NCBI GenBank assembly: GCA_910585045.1
Contig: CAJUCD010000003.1
Location: 42,779 to 106,778 of the forward strand
Length of the DNA: 64,000 nucleotides
Source of the DNA: an uncultured Bacilli bacterium
GTDB lineage: Bacteria; Bacillota_I; Bacilli_A; RF39; UBA660
Direction of reading: 5' to 3'
Under the pieces are notes generated by a model. That model was not told the origin of the DNA and did no database searches. It saw only the letters and a program-made list of their open reading frames with translations. The position numbers and the translations under genes are program-made. Positions 63,270-64,000 of this stretch are shown here, piece by piece (positions within the stretch are counted from its first letter, which is position 1; every line of letters starts with the position of its first letter).

Positions 63270-63310
63270 AAATTTAATATGAAATTTAATTAGATGATTG
63301 TGGTGATTAA

Positions 63311-63901
63311 ATGATATTTGCTTCTATATTATTATTTTTATTATTTGTTTTATGGTCTTTTAATATGGTTAAAGGGAACTTAGAACATTTAGATAATAAA
63401 GTTTACAGTTATTTACATATAAATAAAGTGTATACGAAGATATTTAAAATTATAACTATTTTAGGAAGTACAAAGTTTTTTGTGCTGCTTTCTTTTTTGT
63501 TGTTAATATTTATGAAGAATAAGATATTGGCAAGTGTAATAGTAGTCTTATTAATTATAAGTAGTGGACTAATAGAAGGATTTAAACGGATGTTTAAAAG
63601 AGAAAGACCTAATATAAAAAGATTAGTTAAAGAAAAAGGTTATAGTTTCCCATCGGGACATACTACTAGTTCCACTTCTTTTTTTGGTTTTCTTATTTTT
63701 TTAGTTAGTATTAGTTATTTAATTATTAGTGTTAAAATTATTTTAATTATGCTTATTTTGGTAATAATTCTTTTGATTGGTCTTAGTAGAATATATTTAG
63801 GAGTGCATTATTTTAGTGATGTAATAGGGGCTTATTTGCTAGCTTCTAGCTATGTACTTTTGTATGTCTACTTTGTGCATGCTCTTTTAAAATTTGTTTG
63901 A
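63311..63901 (+). CDS. PAP2-family phosphatase (undecaprenyl-diphosphatase/PgpB-like)
   Basis: KRMFKRERP (KxxxxxxRP), PSGHT, SRIYLGVHYFSD (SRx5Hx3D). Confidence 0.8.
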   Translation: MIFASILLFLLFVLWSFNMVKGNLEHLDNKVYSYLHINKVYTKIFKIITILGSTKFFVLLSFLLLIFMKNKILASVIVVLLIISSGLIEGFKRMFKRERPNIKRLVKEKGYSFPSGHTTSSTSFFGFLIFLVSISYLIISVKIILIMLILVIILLIGLSRIYLGVHYFSDVIGAYLLASSYVLLYVYFVHALLKFV

Positions 63902-64000
63902 TGTTTAAAATAGTAGTGTTATAATTATAGTATTAAGTAGGTGAAATAGTTTGATTAAAAAAAAGAATAAGGAAAATAAAGGAAAGATTGTACCTTTTTT

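Overview
Very AT-rich window (about 27-28 % GC) that looks like chromosome from an endospore-forming, low-GC Firmicute, probably Clostridia-like. The lineage call rests on a spoVAC-spoVAD-spoVAEB operon, a SigF/SigB-type sigma factor with a STAS antagonist, a SipW-type signal peptidase and TasA/camelysin-like proteins. Housekeeping genes I am confident about: tex, rpsF-ssb-rpsR, rpsO-pnp, murI, pcrA (interrupted by an intein of about 360 aa), ligA, an OmpR/HK two-component pair, a CBS-domain Mn-dependent pyrophosphatase, scpA-scpB, an ABC-2 transporter, a PAP2 phosphatase, and three tRNAs (Thr-CGU, Cys-GCA, Leu-CAA). Accessory or unusual content: (i) a SipW-dependent matrix/fibre locus (two TasA-like proteins, a 920-aa protein built from about 45 acidic Ca-binding-type repeats, and sipW). 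(ii) A paralogous family of SipW-signal secreted proteins, one of them fusing a TasA-like domain to an unrecognised 400-aa module, each paired with a divergent dual-HTH XRE regulator. (iii) A two-gene cassette next to tRNA-Cys: a 463-aa protein with a C-terminal HEPN-like RNxxxH motif plus an HD phosphohydrolase. (iv) A decayed mobile region after tRNA-Leu (fragmented IS3 transposase, frameshifted KilA-N gene, short direct repeats), followed by a cassette bracketed by two near-identical hairpins. (v) A 191-bp tandem duplication carrying terminators upstream of the pyrophosphatase gene. (vi) A four-gene operon of unknowns after tRNA-Thr and a 1.4-kb non-coding gap. All functional calls come from motif recognition by eye; no searches were run.
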